64,000 bases of DNA from Candidatus Omnitrophota bacterium (GCA_016214265.1 JACROU010000034.1:5878-69877); one strand, 5' to 3'; counted from the first letter of the stretch, positions 1 to 9,916 are shown. Program-made: numbers and translations. Notes: a model not told the origin generated them from the letters alone.

Positions 1-536
1 TGTGCAAACACGATCATCCCGCCGATCGAATGCCCCACCCAATCCACTTGCGGCTGACCGGTCACCTCTTTAACTTTGGCTACGATTGCCGGAACGTCAT
101 AGCGGATATAATCGTCGATATTCCAATTCAACTTGTTGGCATTCAAGCTCATATTGCTCAAATCGTCCGGACGAAAACTAAGCAGTTCGCGAAAAGCGAG
201 CCAGCCAGGTTTCGAGCTCTTCCCCGCCCCACGAAGGGATACGGACCAAACATCAAATCCGCGATCGGCCAGATATTTGGCGAAACTTCGTTTGCGGCCG
301 ATATCCCAAAACTCGGCGTTATACCCCATTCCGTGACAGAGAATCACCGGGTTCTTGTACTTCACATGTCCTTTTTGATAATACCGCTGAAGGACCAGTG
401 TCCAGTCATCTTGGGTTTTTACGGAATAGACTTCCGAGTAGGTCCGAGGCATGAAATTGATAAACGTAAGCACCGCGCAGCCGGAGAATTGAAAACACAT
501 CAAAGCAATCAAAACGCCCGCAAGTTTTGTTTTCAT
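1..536 (-). CDS. alpha/beta hydrolase (lipase/esterase-like), N-terminal part; C-terminus runs off the left edge of the window
   Basis: Minus-strand ORF starting at ATG 534-536: MKTKLAGVLIALMCFQFSGCAVL... (signal peptide/lipobox-like), GHSIGG nucleophile-elbow (GxSxG) motif near window edge; ATG overlaps stop of upstream gene (ATGA). Not in ORF track because truncated. Confidence 0.6.
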   Translation of the reverse strand, partial: MKTKLAGVLIALMCFQFSGCAVLTFINFMPRTYSEVYSVKTQDDWTLVLQRYYQKGHVKYKNPVILCHGMGYNAEFWDIGRKRSFAKYLADRGFDVWSVSLRGAGKSSKPGWLAFRELLSFRPDDLSNMSLNANKLNWNIDDYIRYDVPAIVAKVKEVTGQPQVDWVGHSIGGMIVFA

Positions 537-1567
537 GAGATCACTTTTTTTAACCAAGGGTTAGGATGATATTTTCGTCCCACTTTGGCACAAGGTTTTC
601 CGTCAACCAGAACAACGTCGGCCGTAAAATCTACCCGATCGTGAAAAAACCAGGATCCGATTCCAACCGCATCAAAAGGCACTTTATCCCGGTTAAACTT
701 TCTCAGCTTTTCTTCATTAAAACCGCCGCTGATAATAATTTTTACCCAGCGGAAGCCTTCGCGATCCAACGCATTCCGAACATTCCGAACCAGCTCGCCC
801 GAAACACCGCGTGAATCTTCAGCTCGGCCGCGTACTGATACATCGATCAGTTTTTCGGAGGTGTCGAGCCGAACTCCCGAAAGTTTTTTTCCTAATTTAC
901 GAGCAACCTCAAGGCTGGTTCGAACACAATCGTTATCGAAATCAACAAGCGATACGATTTTGGAGTCATAATATCGACTAAACGCCTCCGAGGCCTCAGT
1001 GGTATTTCCACGAAAAGCAGCGATGAGCGCGTGAGGAATCGTTCCAATTCCTTTTTTCCCAGACCAAGCACCGTTGGCGTCTGTGGTCACGTCTTGAGCG
1101 CCTCCAATAAACGCTGCGAAACCGTCTCCTTCTTGCATCAAATAATGATCGAAGCGCGAACCGAAAAACAAAACCGGCTTCCCTCCTGCGGCCTCAACAG
1201 CACGCCGAACATTCGTCGCAATAGCAGTTCTGCGGGCAAGAATCCCCAAATAAATCGTTTCATAAATAGCGATATCCGAATAATTACCTTCCAAAGTCAT
1301 CACGGTTTCCCAGGGCTTGATCATGTCGCCATCGCGCAACGACTTCACAATCACTTTATTTTTCGAACCGAAACATTGCCTGAGCAAAGCCACAGTCTCG
1401 TCCACGCCGCAAAGAACGGCGCTGTGTTTGCAAAAAACTTGCATCAAGACATGCGCACGTTTCCCAGTTCCGCTGAGCATTTCGCGGCTTTTGACAAAAT
1501 ATGAATCCGTAAAATACCCCCGCCGGAGCTCAGCAATGGGAAATTTCAATTTGAATTTAATATTCAT
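533..1567 (-). CDS. pncB: nicotinate phosphoribosyltransferase-like (NAPRTase family)
   Basis: 344 aa; N-terminal ...YFTDSYF... and overall NAPRTase-like layout; sits immediately downstream of a nicotinamidase gene with 4-nt ATGA overlap. Confidence 0.6.
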   Translation of the reverse strand: MNIKFKLKFPIAELRRGYFTDSYFVKSREMLSGTGKRAHVLMQVFCKHSAVLCGVDETVALLRQCFGSKNKVIVKSLRDGDMIKPWETVMTLEGNYSDIAIYETIYLGILARRTAIATNVRRAVEAAGGKPVLFFGSRFDHYLMQEGDGFAAFIGGAQDVTTDANGAWSGKKGIGTIPHALIAAFRGNTTEASEAFSRYYDSKIVSLVDFDNDCVRTSLEVARKLGKKLSGVRLDTSEKLIDVSVRGRAEDSRGVSGELVRNVRNALDREGFRWVKIIISGGFNEEKLRKFNRDKVPFDAVGIGSWFFHDRVDFTADVVLVDGKPCAKVGRKYHPNPWLKKVIS

Positions 1568-2091
1568 GGAAGGATTCGAACACCAAAAATTTTCTTCATG
1601 CGCTTTAAAGCGGCCTCATGACTTTTAGGGTCAAAGTCCGCGACCCCTTGGCTGTAAATCACGGTGGGCATTTTCATCTGATAAAGCCGGGAGGCCGCCT
1701 CCATCACGCAGATAGAGGTACAAACACCTGTGAGATAGACTTCATTGATCTTGAGCCGCTTCAGAATGCGCATCAAGCGCGGATTCGAGAATCCGCTGTA
1801 AGCGCGCTTTTCAATCGCATAATCCCTCTTGCTTCGCTGAATGCCGCGAATCAGCTTGGCTCCGGATGAACCTTTCATCGCATGCGGTGGATATATTTTC
1901 AATTCATAGTCTGAAAGCCGGTGGGCGTCACTCACGAAAATGACGGGATCCCCCTCGCGATGAAATTGATCTATTTTCCGGGCCACGAACGGAATGATCC
2001 GTCGCGCTTGGAAGCCGCAATAAAGAACGCCTCCGGGGTCCAGAAAATCGTTCTGCATATCGTTGACCAAAAGAGCTTTGCGACGCTTCAT
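1564..2091 (-). CDS. pncA: isochorismatase-family hydrolase, likely nicotinamidase
   Basis: 175 aa; LLVNDMQNDF..., conserved Cys in ...TGVCTSICV...; coupled to pncB-like gene. Confidence 0.6.
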   Translation of the reverse strand: MKRRKALLVNDMQNDFLDPGGVLYCGFQARRIIPFVARKIDQFHREGDPVIFVSDAHRLSDYELKIYPPHAMKGSSGAKLIRGIQRSKRDYAIEKRAYSGFSNPRLMRILKRLKINEVYLTGVCTSICVMEAASRLYQMKMPTVIYSQGVADFDPKSHEAALKRMKKIFGVRILP

Positions 2092-2102
2092 CTTCTCACC
2101 CG

Positions 2103-2657
2103 CTATTCTCTGCCGATATATTCTCCGGTCTCTGTGTTCACACGAATCATGGTGCCTTCTTGAATAAACATAGGAACCTGAATGCTCATTCCCGTCTCAA
2201 GCGTGGCGGGCTTCATATTATTGGAAACAGAATCGCCCCGAATCGCCGGCGGAGAATCAACAACTTTCAGAATTACTTGTTTCGGAAGCTCGATGGTAAC
2301 CGGACGTTCATCATGGAAATCGATCTCCAGCTCCATATTTTCCTTCAAATAATTCTTCGCGTCCCCGACCACATCCTCACTAATATCGACCGTGTGATAA
2401 TCTTCTGTCTGCATAAAATGGTATCCGTTGGTGTCTTTGTAGAGAAACTGCATTTTCCGCGATTCCAGATGCGCCACGTCCATCTCTTCAGTCGAGGAAA
2501 ATTTGTTTTGAAGAATTTTACCCGTACGGATATTTTTAAGCGTCAATTGCACAAATGCCCGCTTATTTCCCGGCGTGTAATGAGTAAAATCCATCACCAG
2601 ATGGATTTCCTTGTTGTAAATAATGGCCATTCCTCTTCTCAGATCATTCGCTTGCAT
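2103..2657 (-). CDS. efp: translation elongation factor P
   Basis: 184 aa, typical EF-P length; ...GKGxAFVxxKLKN-like segment (FVQLTLKNIRTGK), three-domain layout. Confidence 0.8.
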   Translation of the reverse strand: MQANDLRRGMAIIYNKEIHLVMDFTHYTPGNKRAFVQLTLKNIRTGKILQNKFSSTEEMDVAHLESRKMQFLYKDTNGYHFMQTEDYHTVDISEDVVGDAKNYLKENMELEIDFHDERPVTIELPKQVILKVVDSPPAIRGDSVSNNMKPATLETGMSIQVPMFIQEGTMIRVNTETGEYIGRE

Positions 2658-2728
2658 GTTTTGGTTGTTCCTCCTCGGTATAGGCAGGTGCCAGGTTCAT
2701 GAACCTGGCACCTGCCCCTTACTTCACA

Positions 2729-3433
2729 TCACGGCAACATCATAAAAGAAATCATGCGGCCGGCATTTTCCTGCTCGCGCCGGTATGAGAAAAAATCACC
2801 CGGATTACAAAACGTACATAGTCCGGAATCAAAAATCGATGATTGGGGAATTCCAAGACCTTCGAGTTCCTGAAATAAATATCCAATCAGGTCAAAATGA
2901 TGCTTCCCGTTTACCGGCTTCATGAATGATTTAAATTCGGGAATTTGATCCGATCGAAACTCATAACAACACGAACGAATCGACGGCCCCAACGCCGCCT
3001 GAAGTCGCTTCACATCCGACCCGCTGCGGCCAGCAAGCTCCAAAATCGTTTTCTTCACAATCCCGAGGCGCGCGCCTTTCCAGCCTGCGTGAATCAAGGC
3101 AATCGTCAACGTTTCGGGATCAAACACAAAAACAGGAACGCAATCGGCGGTGCGTATCGTTAAAAGCACACCGGATTGATTCGTTACTAAAGCGTCAGTC
3201 TCGGCAATCTCGTCAACTTGGCCTTGATGAACCCAGGCGATGCGATCGCCATGACATTGCTTTAAGCCCACCGCATTCTCTCGGGCAATTTGAAGTTCCC
3301 GGCAGAGCGCCGAGCGATCCGGACACGCTTTATGCGTGGTGCCCGCAACCAATTTTCCGGAATTAAAACAGTCCCACAAAAAATAGGATGGAAGTCTTAC
3401 AATTTGCGAAGGTGTTTGCGACCGGAAAGTCAT
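2729..3433 (-). CDS. pgeF: YfiH/PgeF family (DUF152) purine nucleoside phosphorylase / peptidoglycan editing factor
   Basis: 234 aa; ...TADCVPV... and ...HAGWKG... motifs typical of the YfiH/laccase-domain family. Confidence 0.7.
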   Translation of the reverse strand: MTFRSQTPSQIVRLPSYFLWDCFNSGKLVAGTTHKACPDRSALCRELQIARENAVGLKQCHGDRIAWVHQGQVDEIAETDALVTNQSGVLLTIRTADCVPVFVFDPETLTIALIHAGWKGARLGIVKKTILELAGRSGSDVKRLQAALGPSIRSCCYEFRSDQIPEFKSFMKPVNGKHHFDLIGYLFQELEGLGIPQSSIFDSGLCTFCNPGDFFSYRREQENAGRMISFMMLP

Positions 3434-3435
3434 GA

Positions 3436-5559
3436 TTACTTTTTCTTTGTGGCAGCCATGCCTTGTTTCGGCTCAAACAATTTTTCTTCGGTAAGTATCG
3501 GCCTAGCCTTTTCATTCAGCGGATCCTGATTGAACCGCTTCCGGATCGCGCCCTGATTGAGATAATTATTTAACGTGATCAGAATCATTCCTTGATCCAG
3601 CGCCAGATATCGATACGCCACCAATCCGGAAACCGGATTTACCGCATCGTAAAAGCCGTATTCCCCGTAAATGGGATACCTTTCAATCAAACGGCGCATA
3701 TTCGCGGTTACGATTTCAGGAGCAATTTCGAGGGCCAGAATGCTGGCATGCGGGGACACAACGCCTTCTTTATACCCTTTCGAGCCGAAGGGTTTGGCGC
3801 CATATTCCGAATATCCCCCTTCGGGAATGGCGCAGGGACTCATACCCCAAACCGGATATTTTAGCTCACCCAGCGTGTACAGAATATGTCCTTCCACATG
3901 ATGACGATCGTTCATGCCAAGACCTTCGGGAGCCAGCCCGGCTTCATCCAAAACCATGGCGGGCATCAACGCTTCAAAGCATGATCCGCCCCAGCTGGGG
4001 ACGTATTTCAGCTTTTTCCATTCGTAATACCCGTCATAGTATTCCACGCCCAAAACTATTTTCTTGCTGCGATTGATCGGCTCCATAAATTGCCATGTGA
4101 AATTTTCCGGAAAAGTACGAAATGTGTGAAACCAATGCTCCAACGGAACTTCACCCCGGCCGATCGCCAGATAACTTCCCATTCGCGTTTCAGAAAAAAA
4201 AGCCCCGTAATGATAATTGGAGTACTGATTCATATGACCATAAAAACCGTGACACATTTGCCGCTCGACGGGATCGTAGAAAAAATTAAAATTAAACGTT
4301 TTCAGATAATCGTCACAGTCTTTTCCGACCTCTTCCGGAAACGCATTCTTCGCGACCACCAATCCGGCCGCGAGCCACGAGCTGTCGACGAAGGAAACAA
4401 AGTAGCTGGTCTTTTCAAGCGTAGTAGTGTCGTAATAATTGTAGGGAAATCCGCTGGAGTGATGTTCCAGCTTGCGCATACCGGCGATCGCATTCTTGAT
4501 TCGCTTAACGGCTTCGGCCTTGTCGATAAATCCCAGATCGGAAGCGGAAACAAGCACCATCAAGTACAAACCCACATTCGTGACATTCGTGTAATCACCG
4601 ACCCAGCCGTCCTCGGCAACGGGGGTTTCTTTGCCCAGCTGAATCATATCGAGCACCAAATGATGCTCTTTGTCGACCATCTCATCAAAATACCGCCAGG
4701 TGTCCCGGGCCACTTCCATCAGGAACTCGCGGTCGTCTTTCGGGAACTCTTTTTTCACGAGAGTTTGTTTCGGATATCCCCCCAACCGCTTGATCAAAAA
4801 CTTCGCGTATTCCGGCCCTTCCATCCACATCGGCGTTTTGGGAATAACGCGCGCCGGAGAATCAACCGCGCTTGGTCCTGGAGTTCCGGTCTTGGTGAAT
4901 TTGAAATTGTCAAAATAGAGTGCGCCTTCTTTTTTGGTCACGCGGCGATCTTCAAACACGATAACGAGCTCGTCCAGATTTTTGAAGGCAACCATCGGAT
5001 TCTTCCAGATTTCGGGATCGGAAAAATTTAAAATTCCGGTAAAATTATTGAGGGGAATGCTGACATGCTTCCAATCAGATTCCACATCCGTCACCACAAA
5101 ACCGCCTTTGAGTTTCTCCATGCGCTCCGCATCTTTAAAACTCTTCAATTCCACTTTGAAGACACTCGAAAAACCTTTTTCACGATCCCCCTTCACATCA
5201 AATTCCAAATGATCATATCCGGAGGCGTCGAGCTCATTCAGCTTGGTCCAAAATCCGTTTGCGGCAGGATCCGGTGAATCCACATCGTAAGTAAGCTTCA
5301 AGGCGAATTTGGACCCCGTTAATCCTTCATTGGGAACTAATTCGGGCACACAGTCAGCCGTATTGTCCTCAGGATCCGAGTCCCAGCCGCCGCTTTCGGC
5401 ATTTAAATTGTTTATTAGATTTCCAAACTCAAAATCTTGGACGACAACTTCGGTTGGCTGTTGCGGGGCTGTCTGGGATGCGGACGGAGTTTCCGCGTAA
5501 AGAAACGCCGGGCATATCAATTGAATAGAAATAAGAACGGCAAGGCACAGTTTAGACAT
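3436..5559 (-). CDS. secreted glycoside-hydrolase-like protein (putative glucoamylase/DUF3131, beta-1,2-glucanase-like (alpha/alpha)6 fold) with N-terminal beta-sandwich domain
   Basis: 707 aa, clear signal peptide (MSKLCLAVLISIQLICPAFLYA); C-terminal region rich in aromatic residues typical of (alpha/alpha)6 glycosidases. Family assignment from memory, not verified. Confidence 0.35.
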   Translation of the reverse strand: MSKLCLAVLISIQLICPAFLYAETPSASQTAPQQPTEVVVQDFEFGNLINNLNAESGGWDSDPEDNTADCVPELVPNEGLTGSKFALKLTYDVDSPDPAANGFWTKLNELDASGYDHLEFDVKGDREKGFSSVFKVELKSFKDAERMEKLKGGFVVTDVESDWKHVSIPLNNFTGILNFSDPEIWKNPMVAFKNLDELVIVFEDRRVTKKEGALYFDNFKFTKTGTPGPSAVDSPARVIPKTPMWMEGPEYAKFLIKRLGGYPKQTLVKKEFPKDDREFLMEVARDTWRYFDEMVDKEHHLVLDMIQLGKETPVAEDGWVGDYTNVTNVGLYLMVLVSASDLGFIDKAEAVKRIKNAIAGMRKLEHHSSGFPYNYYDTTTLEKTSYFVSFVDSSWLAAGLVVAKNAFPEEVGKDCDDYLKTFNFNFFYDPVERQMCHGFYGHMNQYSNYHYGAFFSETRMGSYLAIGRGEVPLEHWFHTFRTFPENFTWQFMEPINRSKKIVLGVEYYDGYYEWKKLKYVPSWGGSCFEALMPAMVLDEAGLAPEGLGMNDRHHVEGHILYTLGELKYPVWGMSPCAIPEGGYSEYGAKPFGSKGYKEGVVSPHASILALEIAPEIVTANMRRLIERYPIYGEYGFYDAVNPVSGLVAYRYLALDQGMILITLNNYLNQGAIRKRFNQDPLNEKARPILTEEKLFEPKQGMAATKKK

Positions 5560-5621
5560 GCTTTTTCCCCGATGGGTAGATAGGAACTAAAATTAGTGGT
5601 AAGTATAGCTAAAGGCAGGAA

Positions 5622-6668
5622 TTAAGTAAATTTCTTTAACTGCTTCGCGGTCAAGGGGCCGATGACTCCCGTTGTTTCAAGATGATAACGTTTCTGAAAT
5701 CCACGGATAGCAGACACCGTCTGGGTCGTCACAACACCATCCACGCGGCCTGTTTTATATCCGGCGCGCTTCAACGCCTTTTCAAATTCAAAAATTTTGC
5801 GTCTGTCCCAGGCTTTTTTGTTCGCCCGAACTTCTTTGTAGTCATTTCTGAAACTCACGCGCGAATAATAATCAAGAAGCACTTTTAAATCATGCCACGG
5901 GCGCACACTGCCCATGATTGCCACAACCACATCTCGATTCCTGTAATTAATGCGGCCGACAAAACAATGCATCGCACTGCGAGTAAATCCCGTTTTTCCC
6001 ACCACCAACCTTCGGTCTCTCCATAACATTTTATTGTGATTTTTAAGGAAGAATTTTCTTCCCCGCAAACTGCGGATTTGGGCGTATTTGGTCGCCAATG
6101 TCTGCATGATAAAGGGATATTTTTTTGCCGAATTCATAATCAACGCCAAATCCAGAGAAGTAGAATATTGCGCATCCGATGATAACCCGTGTGGATTCAC
6201 ATAATGCGTGTTGTACGCCCCGACTCTGCGAGCCTTTTTATTCATCAGCGCGGCAAATCCCCGCTCGGAACCGCTGATTTCGTGCGCGAACACAACCGCA
6301 ACATCATTGGCCGATGAAATAAGAAGCGCTTTCAACAAATCACGAACACGAAATCTTTCTCCAGGACGCACATAAATTTTGGTTCTTGGCACATATGAAG
6401 TCTCGGTATGAACCGTAATCACATCGTCCAAATCCATATTATCCAGCACCACCATCGCGGTCATGACTTTTGTGGTACTTGCCAGCGGACGGCGCAAATT
6501 GGAATTTTTGCCGCACAAAATCCGGCTTTGCGCTGAGTCATAGACAACCAGAGAACGCGCAGATACATAAGGCTCAATACCGATCGCCGCTTCCGCCTGA
6601 GGCATAGGGGAATACAAAGAGGAAACAATCGCAAACGAAACGAATGTGGTGAAAAATTTTTTTAACAT
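5622..6668 (-). CDS. D-alanyl-D-alanine carboxypeptidase (peptidase S11, PBP5/6-like) with C-terminal peptidoglycan-binding domain
   Basis: 348 aa; signal peptide; SxxK (ASTTKVMTA), SxN (SSANDVA), KTG (GKTGFT) motifs; C-terminal PG_binding-like segment (GVVTTQTVSAIRGFQKRYHLETTGVIGPLT). Confidence 0.75.
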   Translation of the reverse strand: MLKKFFTTFVSFAIVSSLYSPMPQAEAAIGIEPYVSARSLVVYDSAQSRILCGKNSNLRRPLASTTKVMTAMVVLDNMDLDDVITVHTETSYVPRTKIYVRPGERFRVRDLLKALLISSANDVAVVFAHEISGSERGFAALMNKKARRVGAYNTHYVNPHGLSSDAQYSTSLDLALIMNSAKKYPFIMQTLATKYAQIRSLRGRKFFLKNHNKMLWRDRRLVVGKTGFTRSAMHCFVGRINYRNRDVVVAIMGSVRPWHDLKVLLDYYSRVSFRNDYKEVRANKKAWDRRKIFEFEKALKRAGYKTGRVDGVVTTQTVSAIRGFQKRYHLETTGVIGPLTAKQLKKFT

Positions 6669-6781
6669 AAATTAATTGAACTTTCGATATGGATAACGGT
6701 TGTAGCATTTTCGACAGGACGTGAGGGGTACTTTAGCGGGTAGGGGCTTAGCATGCTAAACCCTACAAAAGAATCCGAGAA

Positions 6782-8365
6782 CTACGCGTAAACCCTAAAA
6801 TCAATTTTGGGGAAAATATTGTCTTTAGCTTCAAGATCTCGAAGCCAGACCTCGTCAACGCGGAAATTGTTGACGTCTTCATATATTCTCGTAAACCGAT
6901 TAATATGATCCCTCGTCCGCTGATGTGCGTAAGGCACCATCGTCCCAGTTTTCATAATAAACGCCCAATCGCTCGATTCAGCAAGCAATAGTTCCCTTGC
7001 CGCCTGATTAAGCGCCCGGCACACCAGACCGTCATCAGAACCATGAAATTTTTTGGCCAAAGCGTGCATCCGGTTACTGGCTTCATGAAGATGCCGGTAA
7101 ATCCAGTCATTGCTCCCCTCTAGCCACACCTCACTGTAACCTTTGTGCCCCCAGCTAGAAAACGACGGCGTCATCACCTGATTGCTCGGATACTCTTTCA
7201 AATATTCCCAGGCCGTCATCGTTTGAAGCGTCGGTGAATCATAAAAAATTTTCTTGAGCAGGAACTCTAAAAATTGTGGGCCCTCATACCACCAATGACC
7301 AAAAAGTTCCGCGTCATACGGCGCAACCACCAACGGCTTTCTGTCCATATGTCCGCTCAAAAATTCAATCTGTTTCTCCCGGTTGAACATGAAATTTCCG
7401 GCATGCTCCGCAGCTTTACCTCTCGCCCAATCGGGATGATACGGCTCTTTATGATTTGTGCTACCCGTAATCCGGAAATACTTGAGTCCAGTACCAATAC
7501 GAATTCCGTCGGGATGAATGTAGGGCTTGATGTAATCGAAATCACAATCGAAACCGATATCCCGGTAATATTCCCGATATTCAGACGCGCCCGGATACCC
7601 CTCCTCTGCACTCCACACCTGTTTGGACGATTCCATATCCCGGCTGAACGCTGCGACACCGCTCGGACAATAAACCGGAGCGTACACCCCAAATTTGGGA
7701 CGCGGTGAACCATGTAATACGCCGTGCGTCTCAAGGAAAAAGTATTGAATGCCGTTTTCCGATAAAATCTTGTCAACGCCAGGAGCGTAACCACACTCGG
7801 GAAGCCAAATGCCGCGCGGTGAGCGATCAAACATAGACTCGTAATGTTCTTTCGCCACCCGGATCTGTGCGCGGATAGACTGAGGTACCGTCTCCATCAA
7901 CGGAAGAAATCCGTGCGTCGCCCCACAAGTAATAATGTCGAGTTTGCCGAGATCCTGAAATTTTTTAAACGCCGTCACAAGATTTCTGTGATATTTGTTT
8001 TCGAAAACAAACCGCGCACGTTTAAAATCCTCGTGATATTTCTGCGAAAGCTCCCGGAATTCATTGTGATTCTGGTTGCGCTCGATTTCTTTTCCGGAAA
8101 GCTCAATCAGTTTATCCAGATGGGCCAAATACCGGTTTTGCAATAACTCATCGGCAAGCATCGACGCAAGCGGAGGTGAAATCGTCATCGTCACCCGGAA
8201 ATCAACGCCTTCATCGACGAGCCGGTCGAACGATTCAACGAGCGGAATGTAAGTTTCTGTGATGGCTTCATACAGCCAAATCTCTTCGAGAAAATAGGGG
8301 TGTTCGGGATGACGAACAAACGGCAGATGCGCGTGCAGTAGAAGTAAGAGATAACCTTTTTTCAT
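6782..8365 (-). CDS. GH57-family 1,4-alpha-glucan branching enzyme-like protein
   Basis: MKKGYLLLLLHAHLPFVRHPE... N-terminus typical of GH57; start chosen at internal Met (8365) rather than the upstream Met of the ORF track (8431). Confidence 0.7.
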   Translation of the reverse strand: MKKGYLLLLLHAHLPFVRHPEHPYFLEEIWLYEAITETYIPLVESFDRLVDEGVDFRVTMTISPPLASMLADELLQNRYLAHLDKLIELSGKEIERNQNHNEFRELSQKYHEDFKRARFVFENKYHRNLVTAFKKFQDLGKLDIITCGATHGFLPLMETVPQSIRAQIRVAKEHYESMFDRSPRGIWLPECGYAPGVDKILSENGIQYFFLETHGVLHGSPRPKFGVYAPVYCPSGVAAFSRDMESSKQVWSAEEGYPGASEYREYYRDIGFDCDFDYIKPYIHPDGIRIGTGLKYFRITGSTNHKEPYHPDWARGKAAEHAGNFMFNREKQIEFLSGHMDRKPLVVAPYDAELFGHWWYEGPQFLEFLLKKIFYDSPTLQTMTAWEYLKEYPSNQVMTPSFSSWGHKGYSEVWLEGSNDWIYRHLHEASNRMHALAKKFHGSDDGLVCRALNQAARELLLAESSDWAFIMKTGTMVPYAHQRTRDHINRFTRIYEDVNNFRVDEVWLRDLEAKDNIFPKIDFRVYA

Positions 8366-8369
8366 GGGT

Positions 8370-9254
8370 TCACTTTGCTGAAGCTCGGCTGGAAAAAGCG
8401 CCGGATGACAACCATTCGCGGAACAAAACACCTTTTTTAATTCGATCCATCAATTCACCGGAACTGATGCCGATTTTAAATCCTCCGGAAGCGGCATACA
8501 GCAATTCAAACTCACGGCTCATCCATTCCTCATCAATGACATCCGACGGCGTATCACGCGGGGTTCTCACCACATTAGACCGGGCAATCACATAAAATCG
8601 GCCGTATTGATCCCGAATTCCAATCTCAACCAAGAAACTTCTGTCCGGCTTGCCGACTTCCAAATACCAATTACCCGCATCAAAGTTAATATCAAGATCA
8701 AAAAAACTATTCGCGTTTGTTCCATCAAAATTACGATTCGTCACATCGTAAATGCGCAGTACCGCTTTGGGCCCGGTCAATTCACGATACCAACGAGTAA
8801 TCTGACTGCGCGTTGGCGCACTGAAATCCCAGTAGGTGTAGCACCAGTAAGGATCCCGAACCATCAGCACGATTTTTGTCACGCCATAACTGGACGGCAA
8901 ATCATGTTCATAACGGATTTCGTGAGAGGGCTCTCCTTCCACGTGCATGGCGCTTTCAGAATAAGGATGAACAAAACCTTGCTGGGCTTCAACGGAACGG
9001 GTTTTTAACCGGACACGAATGGCCAGCGGCGGCTCAATTCTTGACGTTTGTTTGCGGGTTGCCGGGGATTTTGACTTCGTTTTTAATTTCGACTTTGATT
9101 TTGGTGCGGATTTTTGTTTTGACTGCTTGACTTCTTCTTTTTTAATTTTCGAGATGAGCTCAGATTTATTCAGGGTGGAGGCGTTTGGGATGCGCAGTTT
9201 TTTAGCAATCGAAAGCAGTTTCTCTTTTACTAGCCGGTCCAGATTTTTAATCAT
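8370..9254 (-). CDS. DUF4912-domain protein with N-terminal Rho-N-like and Lys-rich linker
   Basis: 294 aa; N-terminal LSIAKKLRIPNASTLNKSELISKI (Rho_N-like), KSKSKLKTKSKS tract, Trp-rich C-terminal domain; DUF4912 genes commonly accompany GH57 genes. Confidence 0.5.
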   Translation of the reverse strand: MIKNLDRLVKEKLLSIAKKLRIPNASTLNKSELISKIKKEEVKQSKQKSAPKSKSKLKTKSKSPATRKQTSRIEPPLAIRVRLKTRSVEAQQGFVHPYSESAMHVEGEPSHEIRYEHDLPSSYGVTKIVLMVRDPYWCYTYWDFSAPTRSQITRWYRELTGPKAVLRIYDVTNRNFDGTNANSFFDLDINFDAGNWYLEVGKPDRSFLVEIGIRDQYGRFYVIARSNVVRTPRDTPSDVIDEEWMSREFELLYAASGGFKIGISSGELMDRIKKGVLFREWLSSGAFSSRASAK

Positions 9255-9334
9255 AGGCCCGTGTATCCCTCTGCTGTAACAGGTTTTCTAAAGGGCAAGG
9301 CAACAGAAAATTATACTAATTATCGGTTTACAAT

Positions 9335-9838
9335 TCAAGAAAGCTCAGCAATTTGTTTTGGCGTCATCAACCACTCTAAAGTGGCGCATTGATCGTATTT
9401 CAAATCATAGACGGTCAGTTTGGCAAGACCGGCCTTTTTCATATTGATGGAACCTGCCTTATTCCCCAACATCAGCATTGAAATAAGCCCGCTCAAATAA
9501 GGCTCGTGACCAACGATCAGAATGCTCTTTCGAGATTTGTAGTGCTTATCAATCTCAGAAACAAGCCTCTTGGGATCCCCCCCGATGGAAGCCAGGTTCT
9601 CGGTCACGGCAACTTTCTTTTTTAAATCAAAGATGTTGGCAACAATATCGGCCGTTTGCCGTGTTCGAAGATATGGACTGGTTAGAATCAAATCGAATGA
9701 AAGGTCCATCGCAAGCATCCCCTTCGCGACGTCTTTCATTTTCTGAATACCTTCATCCGTTAACGGACGCTGGCTATCGGTTCTGAATTTCGGACCGGGA
9801 TTCTCCGCAATGGCATGACGTAAAATGAAAAGTTCCAT
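9335..9838 (-). CDS. sixA: phosphohistidine phosphatase SixA (histidine phosphatase superfamily)
   Basis: MELFILRHAIAE... (RHG/RHA motif) and ...IVGHEP... motif; start set at internal Met. Confidence 0.7.
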   Translation of the reverse strand: MELFILRHAIAENPGPKFRTDSQRPLTDEGIQKMKDVAKGMLAMDLSFDLILTSPYLRTRQTADIVANIFDLKKKVAVTENLASIGGDPKRLVSEIDKHYKSRKSILIVGHEPYLSGLISMLMLGNKAGSINMKKAGLAKLTVYDLKYDQCATLEWLMTPKQIAELS

Positions 9839-9916
9839 AGTATGATATGATTTACCAAGGGTTAACACAAATCGAAGGCATCTGGTACCTTCTGTAAAAT
9901 ATCACGGATCGCTGTT

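Noticed and set aside
30-569. Plus-strand 179-aa ORF from the track
   Set aside because: No recognisable domain. It is entirely antisense to a minus-strand frame that has a signal peptide and a GHSxGG lipase motif and is translationally coupled to the upstream gene. The minus frame was preferred.
8366-8431. N-terminal 22-aa extension of the GH57 ORF (MFCSANGCHP...)
   Set aside because: The internal Met at 8365 gives the canonical GH57 N-terminus (MKKGYLLLLLHAHLPF) and avoids a long overlap with the upstream DUF4912 gene.
9019-9279. 86-aa plus-strand ORF with FDFDFDF repeats
   Set aside because: Antisense to the poly-Lys (KSKSKLKTKSKS) tract of the DUF4912 gene; a compositional artefact.
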